From Basidiobolus meristosporus CBS 931.73 (taxonomy: Eukaryota > Fungi > Basidiobolomycota), in contig MCFE01000708.1 of NCBI GenBank assembly GCA_002104905.1, positions 1 to 43,066 on the forward strand: a DNA stretch of 43,066 nucleotides. Direction: 5' to 3'. Below are positions 24,701-35,060 of this stretch, piece by piece. Numbering within the stretch: position 1 is the first letter of the stretch; every line of letters starts with the position of its first letter. Position numbers and translations under genes: made by a program. The notes below the pieces were generated by a model. It was given only the letters and a program-made list of their open reading frames with translations, was not told the origin of the DNA and did not search any database.

Positions 24701-25234
24701 CCATGATCGAGTCTGGTTTGAGGGCCTCCTTCCACGGTGGCTCCACTCCTATCTTGAATTTGTCCTTTATGCTGAAGAAGAAGTGTGACTTGTGTCTGGA
24801 GGAATTCTCCATTTTCAGATGGCGGGTAAGTGGCTAATAACATCAACCCAGGGAAGCATGGTGGTAATTCTGGTCTTCAAGAACGACTGCAGCAAATGCA
24901 AGCGAACTATATGCTTCGATTGTTTGAGCAAGCAGGCAGGCTGTAAATTTAAAACCTTTAACCACGAGCAGGAGAAAGTGGATGATTTTGTAAAAATGAA
25001 CCCAGGAATGTTTGAGGGCTACTTCGACGAGACATCCAAGCTCTGTGATCCCTGCTCTCGAGGTAGCTTGTCGTGAACGGTCACCTTCGTAAGGCCTCAG
25101 CACTAACGATTTCCGCCCTAGGGATCCCGCGATCACAGGTCCAAGTCGACGAAAATGGTGGCGGATGGAGCATTGTCACCACGAAGCCCTCTGAGGCTGG
25201 CCGCCGCTCGAGTGAGTCGGATGACACCGGCTAG
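21766..25234 (+). CDS. RhoGEF of the FGD type: disordered N-terminus, DH, PH, FYVE and a second FYVE-like zinc finger; 873 aa, 16 exons
   Basis: Introns 22543-22592, 22791-22844, 22953-23016, 23094-23152, 23248-23305, 23395-23454, 23506-23559, 23711-23766, 23827-23884, 24082-24135, 24216-24273, 24314-24364, 24632-24687, 24826-24881, 25063-25121 give one open 2622-nt frame. Motifs: EILNSERTYVKGL, IFSNILDIVNLN, LPVQRIPRYEMLL, RKFFLFTDILIY, WVPD..RRRHHCRLCGKVIC. Confidence 0.9.
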
Positions 25235-25609
25235 AAGCAGGCGTATGTGCATGCGGTTTGTATTTTTTATTGGCTTGTTCATAGAAAATGCCCTCGCCAG
25301 ACCACTGATATCGGTTACTTGTATCTATTGTGCTATTCCACGAACCATCTTTCTTTGTAAAAATCATCGTTTCATGTTGTAACTATAAATATTTAACTTG
25401 ATACTGATCTATTCACCCAACAACCCTAACAAACCCGACGCCCCTTCATACTGCCGCCAAAGGCAATACCACGATCATGTTCCTTGCTACTCGTTCGCAC
25501 AGGGGTACCATTTTTACTACGATTTCAACAAATTGACCGGCTGGTTAGGGCTTGACATTCATCAAGGACCTGTGCGGTTTAATCATAAACACAAGTTCCG
25601 TTTCAGGGT

Positions 25610-26058
25610 TTAGAATTTGGCGAATTGCTTGCTGCCTTGGACTTTCTCCTGAACCTTGAGAACGTTGAAACGCACGGTCTTCGACAATGGGCGGCATTGG
25701 CCAACGGTGACAACATCCCCGTCTTTAACGCGGAAGCAGGGAGACAAGTGAGCGGCAAGGTTCTTGTGGCGCTTCTCGTAACGGTTGTACTTGGGGATGT
25801 AGTGGAGGTACTCACGACGAATGATGATGGTGTTCTTCATCTTGGTGGAGATGACAACTCCGGAGAGGATACGGCCACGAATGCTAACGTCCCCGTGAAA
25901 GGGCACTTCTTGTCAATGTATGTCCCCTCGATAGCTTCCTTCGGGGTTTTGAAGCCAAGAGCAACGTCTTTGTACCAACGGAGGTTACGGGTTTTCTTGG
26001 CACCAACTACCTTGGGGTTCTGGAAAATCCCGACTTGCTTTTGGAAAGCTCTTTCGAC
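25610..26058 (-). CDS. RPS11: 40S ribosomal protein S11 (uS17), main exon; 1-bp frameshift at 25891-25894 and unresolved first exon
   Basis: [38 protein letters not shown], then in the shifted frame [47 protein letters not shown]; acceptor TAG at 26061-26059; the exon is 449 nt (3n+2). Confidence 0.9.
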
Positions 26059-27098
26059 CTATAATCCGGGTAAAAGGGTACATATCAATATCCGGTCCTT
26101 GGATGGTACACACACTGGTGATGTTTCTCTCAGAACTCGGGCTTCTGTTGAATCATCCACTTCGCGGATATCATGAATCCATCGATTTCAAACAACACCC
26201 GCGAAGGCCCCCGTTCCGAAACGACGCATGGCACATCTGAATCCCACCATCGCATTCACAGTGCGAAGTGTTTGGTGGTTTTGCCTGCTCGAACATACCA
26301 GAATCGGCTCAAATTCGAGGACGGGATTAACTCCAGAAGGAAGTGGGAAGAGCTTACCAACGTGTTCGATCGGGATATTAGCTCCGGCTTACAAGCCAAT
26401 GGATAGGGTCACATGACCCAGCTTGCGCGACACTCATCACGAGCAGTCATGAATATCGAAACGAGTGGAGCTGGAGAATCAACATTGCTGCAGCATGTCC
26501 GTTGGTGGCAAACTGCCACCGAATAGTAGCGCACCTAGCGCGCTACCAAAGTACATCCTGGAGGTGACTGAGCCCCAACACCGTCGTCTATTTTGGTATC
26601 GCAGAGGAGAGGCGGCGAAAGCCCAGTTTACTGGCGGATCTCAGTTCCCTGATATAAATATTGATCAATTAGGCGCTCCGCCTGGGATATTAAGTTGGAG
26701 GATCGCCAACATATTGGTCGGAGCCACCGTATTGCAAATGACCGCGCCCGACGGAGAGGGGACTGTATCATCCCTCAGGCACGTTTGTGGTAACGTGGTT
26801 ACCCGCCAGAGTATCTTTGCCGCAAGATTTGCCAACACCCCGCCTAGTTTAGGGAACCATTGGTGAATCCATTCGCTGATATTAATAAAGAGATGAGTTT
26901 GTGAAAAACGTGCATTTTCGCTGCTCGATTTCTCCATTTGTTTAAGCTATATTGAGTAATATGCCACCGGTGGTGTCGCCATTTAAGTTTCTCTGTAAAG
27001 AGATTCCATTTACCAATGACAAAGCAAAGCAAATGGGGCTGATTTGTTGTATTTAAGCCTTGGGGGGCAAGAATCTAGAGGTGGTCAAGAATCCAACT

Positions 27099-27578
27099 AT
27101 GGAGCTCTCCACATCAACCGGTCTACTTCCCCCGACCTTCTCAACCTTCCACCATGTCCCGCTTTCCCATCCACAGTTCCAACCCCAGCATGAAAGCACG
27201 GGACCAAACTCAGAGAATAGCCACACCTTCAAGCACATCGTGATACCTATGATGGTTGGTCTGGTTCTCCTGCTAATTGGTACCGTACTTTACATTCGCC
27301 ATCGATACGTTCACTTCAAGAAATCTCAAGCCTCTGTTCACACATACATGGATCACGCGATTCATGGTTACCCAGTGGCGGACGAGATGTTGCCGCCGTA
27401 CAGCCAGGAGGGGCTGAGCGTCCCTGCTGCCATTGCTCAAAAGATCACTCGATGCACTCATCAGTGCGTGCTGTATGGGGTGACCAACGATGCAAATCAG
27501 CCAGGCGGATTTTCTCACGGAGGTGTTTCACCACCACCTTACCAAGTTGCAGCGTCTAGCAATTTACCTCGCAATTAA
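27099..27578 (+). CDS. Single-pass membrane protein with cytosolic PY motifs, 159 aa
   Basis: Hydrophobic IVIPMMVGLVLLLIGTVLYI followed by basic RHR; LPPY and PPPY motifs downstream. Confidence 0.7.
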   Translation: MELSTSTGLLPPTFSTFHHVPLSHPQFQPQHESTGPNSENSHTFKHIVIPMMVGLVLLLIGTVLYIRHRYVHFKKSQASVHTYMDHAIHGYPVADEMLPPYSQEGLSVPAAIAQKITRCTHQCVLYGVTNDANQPGGFSHGGVSPPPYQVAASSNLPRN

Positions 27579-27941
27579 CAGGGCACCTTGCATCAGTGAC
27601 TTGGGCTTCAAGTGGCCATGTTCTAACCCTAGATGGCCTCCATTCCATCATATCTATCAGCACGCAAGCTGGTCACATTTGCCTATCGTTCACAAGGGTT
27701 CAAGTTGACCGGTTCGCAAGGAGCAACATGGTGTAGGACTACTCTTGAATGAATCATACAAACAACAGTCAGGTGCTCTGACGCTGGACTCGGCAGAATG
27801 AGTAATTATTGAATGTAGCATTTAAATACAGCAATATCACACGGGATGGATTACATAGCGATAAGGGTAGTTTCAACAATTCAGAAGATAAACTCCAAAC
27901 AATGTGAAATTTTCAAAAGCATTCTCTATCTAACACTGAGC

Positions 27942-28358
27942 TCAAGGGGAAATGTACTGACTCTCAAATATCAAAGGCTTACTTTCCTCGTGCATGTTCT
28001 TTCGTACTCTAGGCCTTTCTGCATTGTAGGAGTGGTCTTCGTGGGCGGGCTGACTATGGCGAAAAGAACGCGTCTCCCTATGGTCAAAGGCTTGCATGGT
28101 GACTTTCTTGCGCTGTTTGGTGGCGGGCTTTGGGGGCTGGAGACCGGCGATTTCTCTGAACACCCCAATTTTGGAGAGAATAAGCTTCCAAACAACGTAC
28201 CATGCTGCGGAAGAAGGGCGTTCGTGAGTATGCTCCGCACGTCTGGGAACAATGCAAGTAAAGTGGGGGATCTTACCGGAAAAGATGCAGAAAATAACGA
28301 ATAGTAGTACGGCAATTGTAGCGCCTACGGTGCGAATGGTTTGAGCTAGCCACTCCAT
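27942..28358 (-). CDS. Hypothetical small membrane protein, 138 aa
   Basis: ATG 28358; N-terminal hydrophobic VGATIAVLLFVIFCIFSG and charged tail; no recognisable family; two other frames are also open here. Confidence 0.4.
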   Translation of the reverse strand: MEWLAQTIRTVGATIAVLLFVIFCIFSGKIPHFTCIVPRRAEHTHERPSSAAWYVVWKLILSKIGVFREIAGLQPPKPATKQRKKVTMQAFDHRETRSFRHSQPAHEDHSYNAERPRVRKNMHEESKPLIFESQYISP

Positions 28359-29126
28359 GCCTGCATTAAAGGAAAAAAGGGAACCCAACTAAAAAGAAGC
28401 GGACTTGGTGAAAGAATGAATGAGAAAAGTGATGGTTAATCTTAAGTATATTAATGGGATTCCTGCTGTGACTACATATGATGAGGGTTGTTTCATTTGG
28501 CAGCGTGGATCAGATACACACCTCAGTCCCAACGCTGGAGTTGATCGCAAATCATTTCATGAGGTTAACAGTAGCTTCAATGATGGATGATGGAAGATGG
28601 ATAATTTCCTAGGAAATCCATTGCCTGGTTTCACGAGTGCCCAGCTGATATTGGATTGCGTGAAACTCATATAATGGGATTTCCATTGATGGTTGCTTCC
28701 ACACCAAGTGCTGTGACTACTGGTGAATACGATACCGATAATAATAATATCGAAAGGCAGTGCCATCCGATCATGTGATGCACCGACCTTCATAGGCTCC
28801 TCCTGCTGACCCCAGTATTAAGCTGGGTCAGGCCTCATTCACATCTTTTATCACTTATAAGTCTGATCAATCTCATTACCCGCCGAGTATCTAAAATGCG
28901 GTTACTTCTAATGGCAGCTCAGCGTGCTTCCAATTCAGGACTGAGCCAACGCACACATCGATTAGGTGTCTCAGATGTTTTCGGGCGGATAAATGCAAGG
29001 AGTCATTTGATTAGAAATCACCACTCATCTTATTCGGCTCGTGAATTGCACCATGATCATGTCCCAAGTATCTATATTACCCGAATACGCCTCTAGCATT
29101 GCTGTAACTAATCTTTCTCTTCGGAT

Positions 29127-30303
29127 ATGGCTTCGGAAGAACACCTCCGCTTGGTAGAAGCCTCCCCCAACTTCTTTTCCGGAAGCAACTTGAACCGGTA
29201 TACTCCTCTGTTCGTTTTTGCTTACTATCGAGTACTCAATTGCTTCGTTCAGTCTTAGTGAACGCCGTACGGACAATCCTTTCCTCTCCGCAGCATTGAC
29301 CTCCCCAAATTCCCGCTTCTTGCTACTGTCCAACGGTAACCCATTAGCTCAAACGAAGCCTGCTAAACTCCATTGGCTGCCATATGAGTATGTCCGAGAA
29401 GCCATCGGCAATCCCTTCAGCAACCAAGGTAGGCAAGAATATCCGAAGGGTACTCATCTGATCTTCTTAGGGGCTGAAAAAAGCAAAACCGAAGACGCCG
29501 CATATTATTGGGCTCTGGACGTATCGCCAATGCCTTCCCTGGAAGATTCCTTTGCCCGTGTCCGGCAAGCAGCTGAAAGTGAGGTGCACAAATTCATTCC
29601 TACTCGACCAGTCTCTTTCAAGCTACCTCGAGGGGATGCTGCCATCCTAGCGCAAGCCAGGGCCATGATCGACTGGCACGTCCGGAATCAATATTGCCCC
29701 TCCTGTGGTAGACATACTTTCATGACTGATGCAGGATACAAGCGTACTTGCCAACCAGCACCCTCTGCTCAAACCTCGGATGGACGGCCACCATGCATAT
29801 CACCAAAAGGGATCCATAACTTTTCGTACCCTCGGACCGATCCTGTTGTGATCATATGTACTATATCGCCCCAAGGAGATAGGATTCTTCTTGGCCGACA
29901 AAAATCGTGGCCGCCGGGGATGTATTCGTGTGTAGCAGGCTTCGTCGAGCCGGGTGAATCTCTGGAGGAGGCGGCTAGGCGGGAGGTACGGGAGGAAACC
30001 GGAGTCATTCTTGGCACAGTCATGTATCATTCTAGTCAGCCTTGGCCTTTCCCAAACAGCCTCATGGTTGGTTGCATAGGCAGAGCCCTAAGTGAGCAAA
30101 TTCAGTTGGAAGATTTGGAGTTGGACGATGCAAAGTGGTTCACGCGTGAAGAGGTTCTTAGCGGACTCCAGAATCCAATTGAGATTACCACCAAGGCAGA
30201 GCTCGATCCGGATCAACTTCGTCTACCTCCAGGAACAGCAATTGCACATCAAATCATCCGAACCTGGGCAAAGAATGAAATCGCACCCCCCTCCAAAATC
30301 TAA
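29127..30303 (+). CDS. NPY1: NAD(H) diphosphatase / NAD-cap decapping Nudix hydrolase (NudC/NUDT12/Npy1 family), 373 aa, exons 29127-29197 and 29253-30303
   Basis: NFFSGSNLNR|LSE start; zinc-ribbon YCPSCG..C; YPRTDPVVI; Nudix box GFVEPGESLEEAARREVREETG; family signature SQPWPFPNSLM; 55-nt intron. Confidence 0.95.
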
Positions 30304-30762
30304 TCGAACCTGTTTAGCTAGATCCTTTGGACACCATACCCCTGCAGCCAGATCTTTATAAACTCCCCTACAATAGGAATGGATATGATCATTGCTTAAC
30401 ACGTAGTCTCTTTGTGCAAATGGCCATCTTTTCTCGGTCTCTGCAAACTCGTGACAAGAGATGAGGCCCGCTTTTCCAGAGCTCAGCATACCCGAGCATG
30501 GTAGCACAGGTTTATGATCTCTGGGCCCAATGTGGATATTTGTGTATATATATATGGTTAATACCCAAGCTCTGCTACTCCTGCCATTGAGCCTGATGGT
30601 TTAGCAATGGCCTTGATATAGACATTACAACATCAGCGATGATGTCAACCCGTAGGTTGATGTCATGGTGGCATGGAGCAATATCACTCATATAGCATCT
30701 ACAACGTATATATACTCCCACCTCAATATCGCCAATTAGCCACTCTCACCCCATTTCAGATC

Positions 30763-31110
30763 ATGAATCCCATCAAGACTTTATCCTACAAGCTTCCTTT
30801 GCGCACTTCCCTAATTGGTTCGCGTATATGTCGACCCTTGAGTACCAAGGCTAACGAGCCAAAGTTCCCATCAGGCACTGTGGAGACCATGCTGGAGCAA
30901 TCCAAAGAGCAACAAAGCAGCGATCAGGAGGCACCTCTTCTGAAAGCCAAAGACTTCGTCGGCACCAACGATCCCGCCCCAGGGAAGATCGGAAACGACA
31001 GCTTTATCTCCCCAGAGGAGTATGAAGAGGAGGTAAAGGAAATGAAGCGGAAGCAGGATATCCAGAACTCCATAGAGATTGGCAGTGAAAATAGAAGTCA
31101 AAGCTCCTAA
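30763..31110 (+). CDS. Hypothetical 115-aa protein with mitochondrial-presequence-like N-terminus
   Basis: MNPIKTLSYKLPLRTSLIGSRICRPLSTK is basic, Ser/Thr-rich and acid-free, followed by an acidic helical region EEYEEEVKEMKRKQD. Confidence 0.55.
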   Translation: MNPIKTLSYKLPLRTSLIGSRICRPLSTKANEPKFPSGTVETMLEQSKEQQSSDQEAPLLKAKDFVGTNDPAPGKIGNDSFISPEEYEEEVKEMKRKQDIQNSIEIGSENRSQSS

Positions 31111-31533
31111 TGGCTCCCATGTGTCATGTACCTGCATGTAATGTATCATTCACGCACATACATCATATCTATCCAACAAAAAATAAGACCCCCCAAAGAT
31201 GATACATAAACATTTACGGTTACTGTGCAAACGGTCTTTCCACGTTTATCGCGATATTGATCATTATACATTTTCGTGAAGAGGGGTGTGTTAATGCTAG
31301 ACTCACAATGAGGAAGATTCCAGGCTGCTGAGGTGATATCATCAGGGAAGATTTCCTGTGTGGAGGGTTCACTTGCTATGTTTATTTAATATATACACGA
31401 GTGGTTCAGGAGGAACCATATTAGTTGGACATCATAAGCGGTGTCATAATTTAAAGGAAAATGATGTAAACAAAATATGCTTGTTTTGGGACGAGCGCTC
31501 TCTCCGGGAGAAGAATCAAGAACGTGGTGCAGG

Positions 31534-31728
31534 CTACTGTTGGTTGTCCTGGTTTGAATACAGGTGGGCTGAGTTGTTCAAGGAGGCAGCCCGGCCAGAA
31601 AATATGGGGGTTCGATCGTACTCGTCGGGGGAATGAGTGAGGTACACCCGCTCAAACCTGCTGAAGCGCACCGCTTTGGGGGCTACACGGCATTCAGAGT
31701 TCAAAAATACTTGAGTAGTGGGATCCAT
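31534..31728 (-). CDS. 64-aa microprotein carrying an RVxF-type PP1-docking module
   Basis: PKAVRFSRFERVYLTHSPDEYDRTP resembles the neurabin/Bni4-type RVxF..TYS..EYDR module; TATAAA 50 nt upstream of the ATG. Confidence 0.65.
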   Translation of the reverse strand: MDPTTQVFLNSECRVAPKAVRFSRFERVYLTHSPDEYDRTPIFSGRAASLNNSAHLYSNQDNQQ

Positions 31729-31777
31729 GCTATCTTTAGATGACAACTGTGAGAAGCAGAGTGGCAGAGCGGAGGCC

Positions 31778-31783
31778 TTTATA
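31778..31783 (-). promoter_or_regulatory. TATA box upstream of the 64-aa gene
   Basis: Minus-strand GGCTATAAAGG followed by a pyrimidine-rich leader to ATG 31728. Confidence 0.5.
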
Positions 31784-32457
31784 GCCTAGAGCCTTCACAC
31801 TGCAGTTTCCAAAGTGGGGGCAATCTGACAATGGCGAGAGAGGTAACAATGCATTGGTGATACGCTGAGCATTGAAAACTTTGATTCTTCTTGGATAATA
31901 CGTGGCATACATTGTATGAAATAGACATTGGATTCGTTTGAAATCGTACCGAAGAGACCAGTTGAAACGATACTTCATTCTGATGCGCATTGAAAGCATG
32001 AACCGAATCGAATGATTTAGTAACTTTAAAGAGCAGTTACGAGTGGGCTATCCAGACTCTCGATGAATTGCACCCCTATGGGAGCCGCTACAAATCCAAC
32101 ACTGTCTTCGTTGTTTCGGGCGAGAGACATGTCTTAAATACACAATTTGGTAAAACCTTACTTCACTCTAACATTGGGCTTGATTCCCATTTCCGCCTCC
32201 CTAGGTCAACTTCTAACCATTTATGGCTAAGCATCAACGAGATGAAAGCCTGTTCACCATGTTACTTGAGGTTCCGGTGAGTGCTTGTCAAGAAGTGAGA
32301 CTCGGTCGTCACTCCGTGTCTGCCACGGCCATCAACAAGCGAGGCAAAGGATCGAGGTTTCAACTCCAAGGGTACTCCGCGCACATGGGATGGAGTGATG
32401 GGTTTCTTACCACCCGAGGGTTCTCTGGGACTACTGTCCATGGACCGCGGCACAAGG

Positions 32458-32485
32458 CCCAACACCCAACACCCAACGCCCAACG
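32458..32485 (+). repeat. Heptamer tandem repeat (CCCAACR)x4
   Basis: cccaaca cccaaca cccaacg cccaacg. Confidence 0.85.
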
Positions 32486-32899
32486 CGCCTACTGCATGGC
32501 ACAGTCTGACACGGACAATGGACATACTCCTGTCTTATCCTGTGGTCTGCATGCCACAAATCGCCCATTGTATTTGGATGGTGTTGAGACATCAAAAGCG
32601 CTAGATCATATTTGTTACAAGCCGTTTGAGCGAAGATCCATTGCGGTGTGGTCGCGTGTTCCCCAGGCGACGCGCGCGTATGCATTTCGTGGGAGGCATG
32701 AAAGGCTATAGGACTTCTCGAATGAAATAGGTACCATCGCTCGGTGACTGCCCAGGAGTTTCTAATGAACCACTTGCACCCGGCCTCAATGACTGCTACT
32801 TTGATGATCTGGATTGAGCATGGACGGCTACTGGCCGCGAGTAATAAACATGGATCCCACGTCAGATCCGATTGGCCACCACGCCAAACCTTTGTTACA

Positions 32900-34600
32900 G
32901 TAAGACGACCGTTTGTCTAAGAACCGTCTTTGAATCTGCCTTTTTCTGGCCTACTCATAATGAAACCCACTTCCATGCTCATCACTTCAGATCTGGTTCT
33001 GGCCAATCCTCGCACCTCCGCCTTCATCCGCGATCTTGGACACGCTCTGCTGAATTTCCCTGCTGTTTCAAACACTGCTCACTCACAACCGCAGCCCGTG
33101 GCTGTGGTCGGCTTGATTTCAGTTGTATGTGGTTCCCTGCTTCCCGCCCGACAAATCACCGGCCGTTTGGTACGACCAAGGCCTTGCCATATCACGGATT
33201 CAGCGCAACCATGCCAATCGGCGTGCAAGCATTTAAAGTTTCCATTGACGAAGTGAGTTGGATTGGAACTAGGATAATGCTGGGTCTTGAAAATGTAGCC
33301 TGCTCACCCCTCGGGCGCTCTTGCATTGAACCCGCTAATTCAGTTCTAGCCTATTCACACTGCCAGTGGTGGTCTCGATGGAAGCATGGAGCTGACAGTG
33401 ATGGGCATTTCATACCCAACTGGTGTCTGGTATTGTTCAGAGACCTCGCAAATCCTGCTGTCCAACTGCCTGATGCGAACCCAAGCTGGATTCTGAATAC
33501 TCTATGCGCCTCTCTCCGTACGAAAGGTTCCTCACCTCCATTACGACTAGCCTACTCTACCTATTTCTATGGAAGGTGGGTAATCTCTAAGATGGGATTA
33601 CGCTGCTGGGCCTATCGTAGGCTCTCTGGCTGTCCATTTGAGCAGCAGCTGCTAATCCCCACCAAACCAACGTCCTGCAAAAATGCGTGGTCCATATGCG
33701 AGCTGTGTGTGAACGGGATCTACGTCACCTGATGTGCCCGGTCTCAACTCATTAGTAGGCATTACCCAGTATACCGCTGGAATGATGATGGCCGTGCAAA
33801 GAGGCTTGGTGCTGGAGGCATTCGATTGTTCCTCAAGCGCGATAATAGCGAGAGGGGTGATCAGGAGACACGGGATGCCTCAAGAAATGGGGAGCTTCTC
33901 AACACGACCCAATTGACACCTTATTCGGATTTGCTGTTGGTCGAACGCAACACTGATGGCCAGAAATGGTGCCTATGAATGTTTCAAGGGCTATTTCCAT
34001 GTGTTTGACCGGGTGCATCGGTTTCCGAAATCCTAAGGTCTAAAATTCCACCAGGGCATCTATAGTATCGGGATCGGCAAGTAGATCCAGTTAACCATTC
34101 ATATGATGCTATGGGATACAGAATCCGGAAGTGATTCTATGTGGTTTGGTGAAGGCTTGGACCTCACCAGCTGCTTCAGGCGGTAGAATATCAGCATCAA
34201 CCCTTCTGTTGAACCCTTTGAAACCAATGATGGGATATTCATGAATTATCAACACTCATGAGCGCTCCATGTATGTAGATGTGAAAACCCGTTAGAGGCT
34301 CAGGTGAGTATATGACGTCACGGTTGATTGGACAAAAAGAAAGTTGCCGTACTATTGAGTGTGAACAATATGAAGAGGTGATATAAGGTGAAGCCGGAGT
34401 CACGAATTATCAGAGAATATGGAGTTGCTCAAAATACCCAAATGGGTCATATCTCCATTCCAGCCAAATCTGTTCCAAAGCTTGGTCCGGAAAGAATCCA
34501 ACACATCAATATACGTGGGAGAACCTGGTTGATGGGTAACTGCGTGAAGCATTCTGGATATAATCCCAATATCCTCACCTGATTATTCATTCAATCCAAG
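32900..34600 (-). mobile_element. Possible degenerate LINE ORF2 fossil
   Basis: Minus frame VAFDQQ (~33945) and LPIS*GIPCLLITPLAIIALEE (~33860, cf. PIxRGxRQGCPLSPLLFIIALE), then LAYGP; the motif spacing implies deletions. Confidence 0.3.
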
Positions 34601-35060
34601 CCTTTATTATTGCTTAACTTGATGGGATTGTTTTTGCACCGTTCTTTTAGTGAGAGTATCTGTTACTACCTTTCCAGCTGAACAGGAGGTAATTTGCTAG
34701 AAGTGACTTTTGGAGGTGACAGTTAGAACCTACTGTGATTTTGTAGTATCTAAAGCAAAGTATGGGTATCTCATAACAATCCCCCAAGTTGCTAGGCCTT
34801 TTACTCTGAAGTGGACACAATATGTCTGGATTGCCTATTATGGTAAGGCATATTATTGTGCTTTGATTACATTTGCTGGGGTTTCTAATGGCTTTATGAG
34901 GTTTTATGGTGGCCTGCTGTGTTTTATTTCTGCTGCAACCATGCTTCATGTTCAAATAGTACTGTGCCCTTTTTGCCTCTTCTTATACACTGATTTATTC
35001 TACTGTATCAATTTGCTGAATGGTATCACTCTTTCTTTCTTCACCCATACCATTCAGACA

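Noticed and set aside
25625-26176. 183-aa plus-strand ORF
   Set aside because: Antisense shadow of RPS11.
26465-26937. Overlapping 133-aa and 90-aa ORFs
   Set aside because: Lie in the divergent promoter region between RPS11 and the PY-motif gene; no motifs.
32670-32679. Palindrome ACGCGCGCGT (MCB/CGCG-like)
   Set aside because: Single short site about 950 bp from the nearest ATG; cannot be assigned a function.
32872-33732. 286-aa plus-strand ORF
   Set aside because: TTG start, atypical Trp/Cys/Ser-rich composition, no domain; the opposite strand better fits a decayed LINE.
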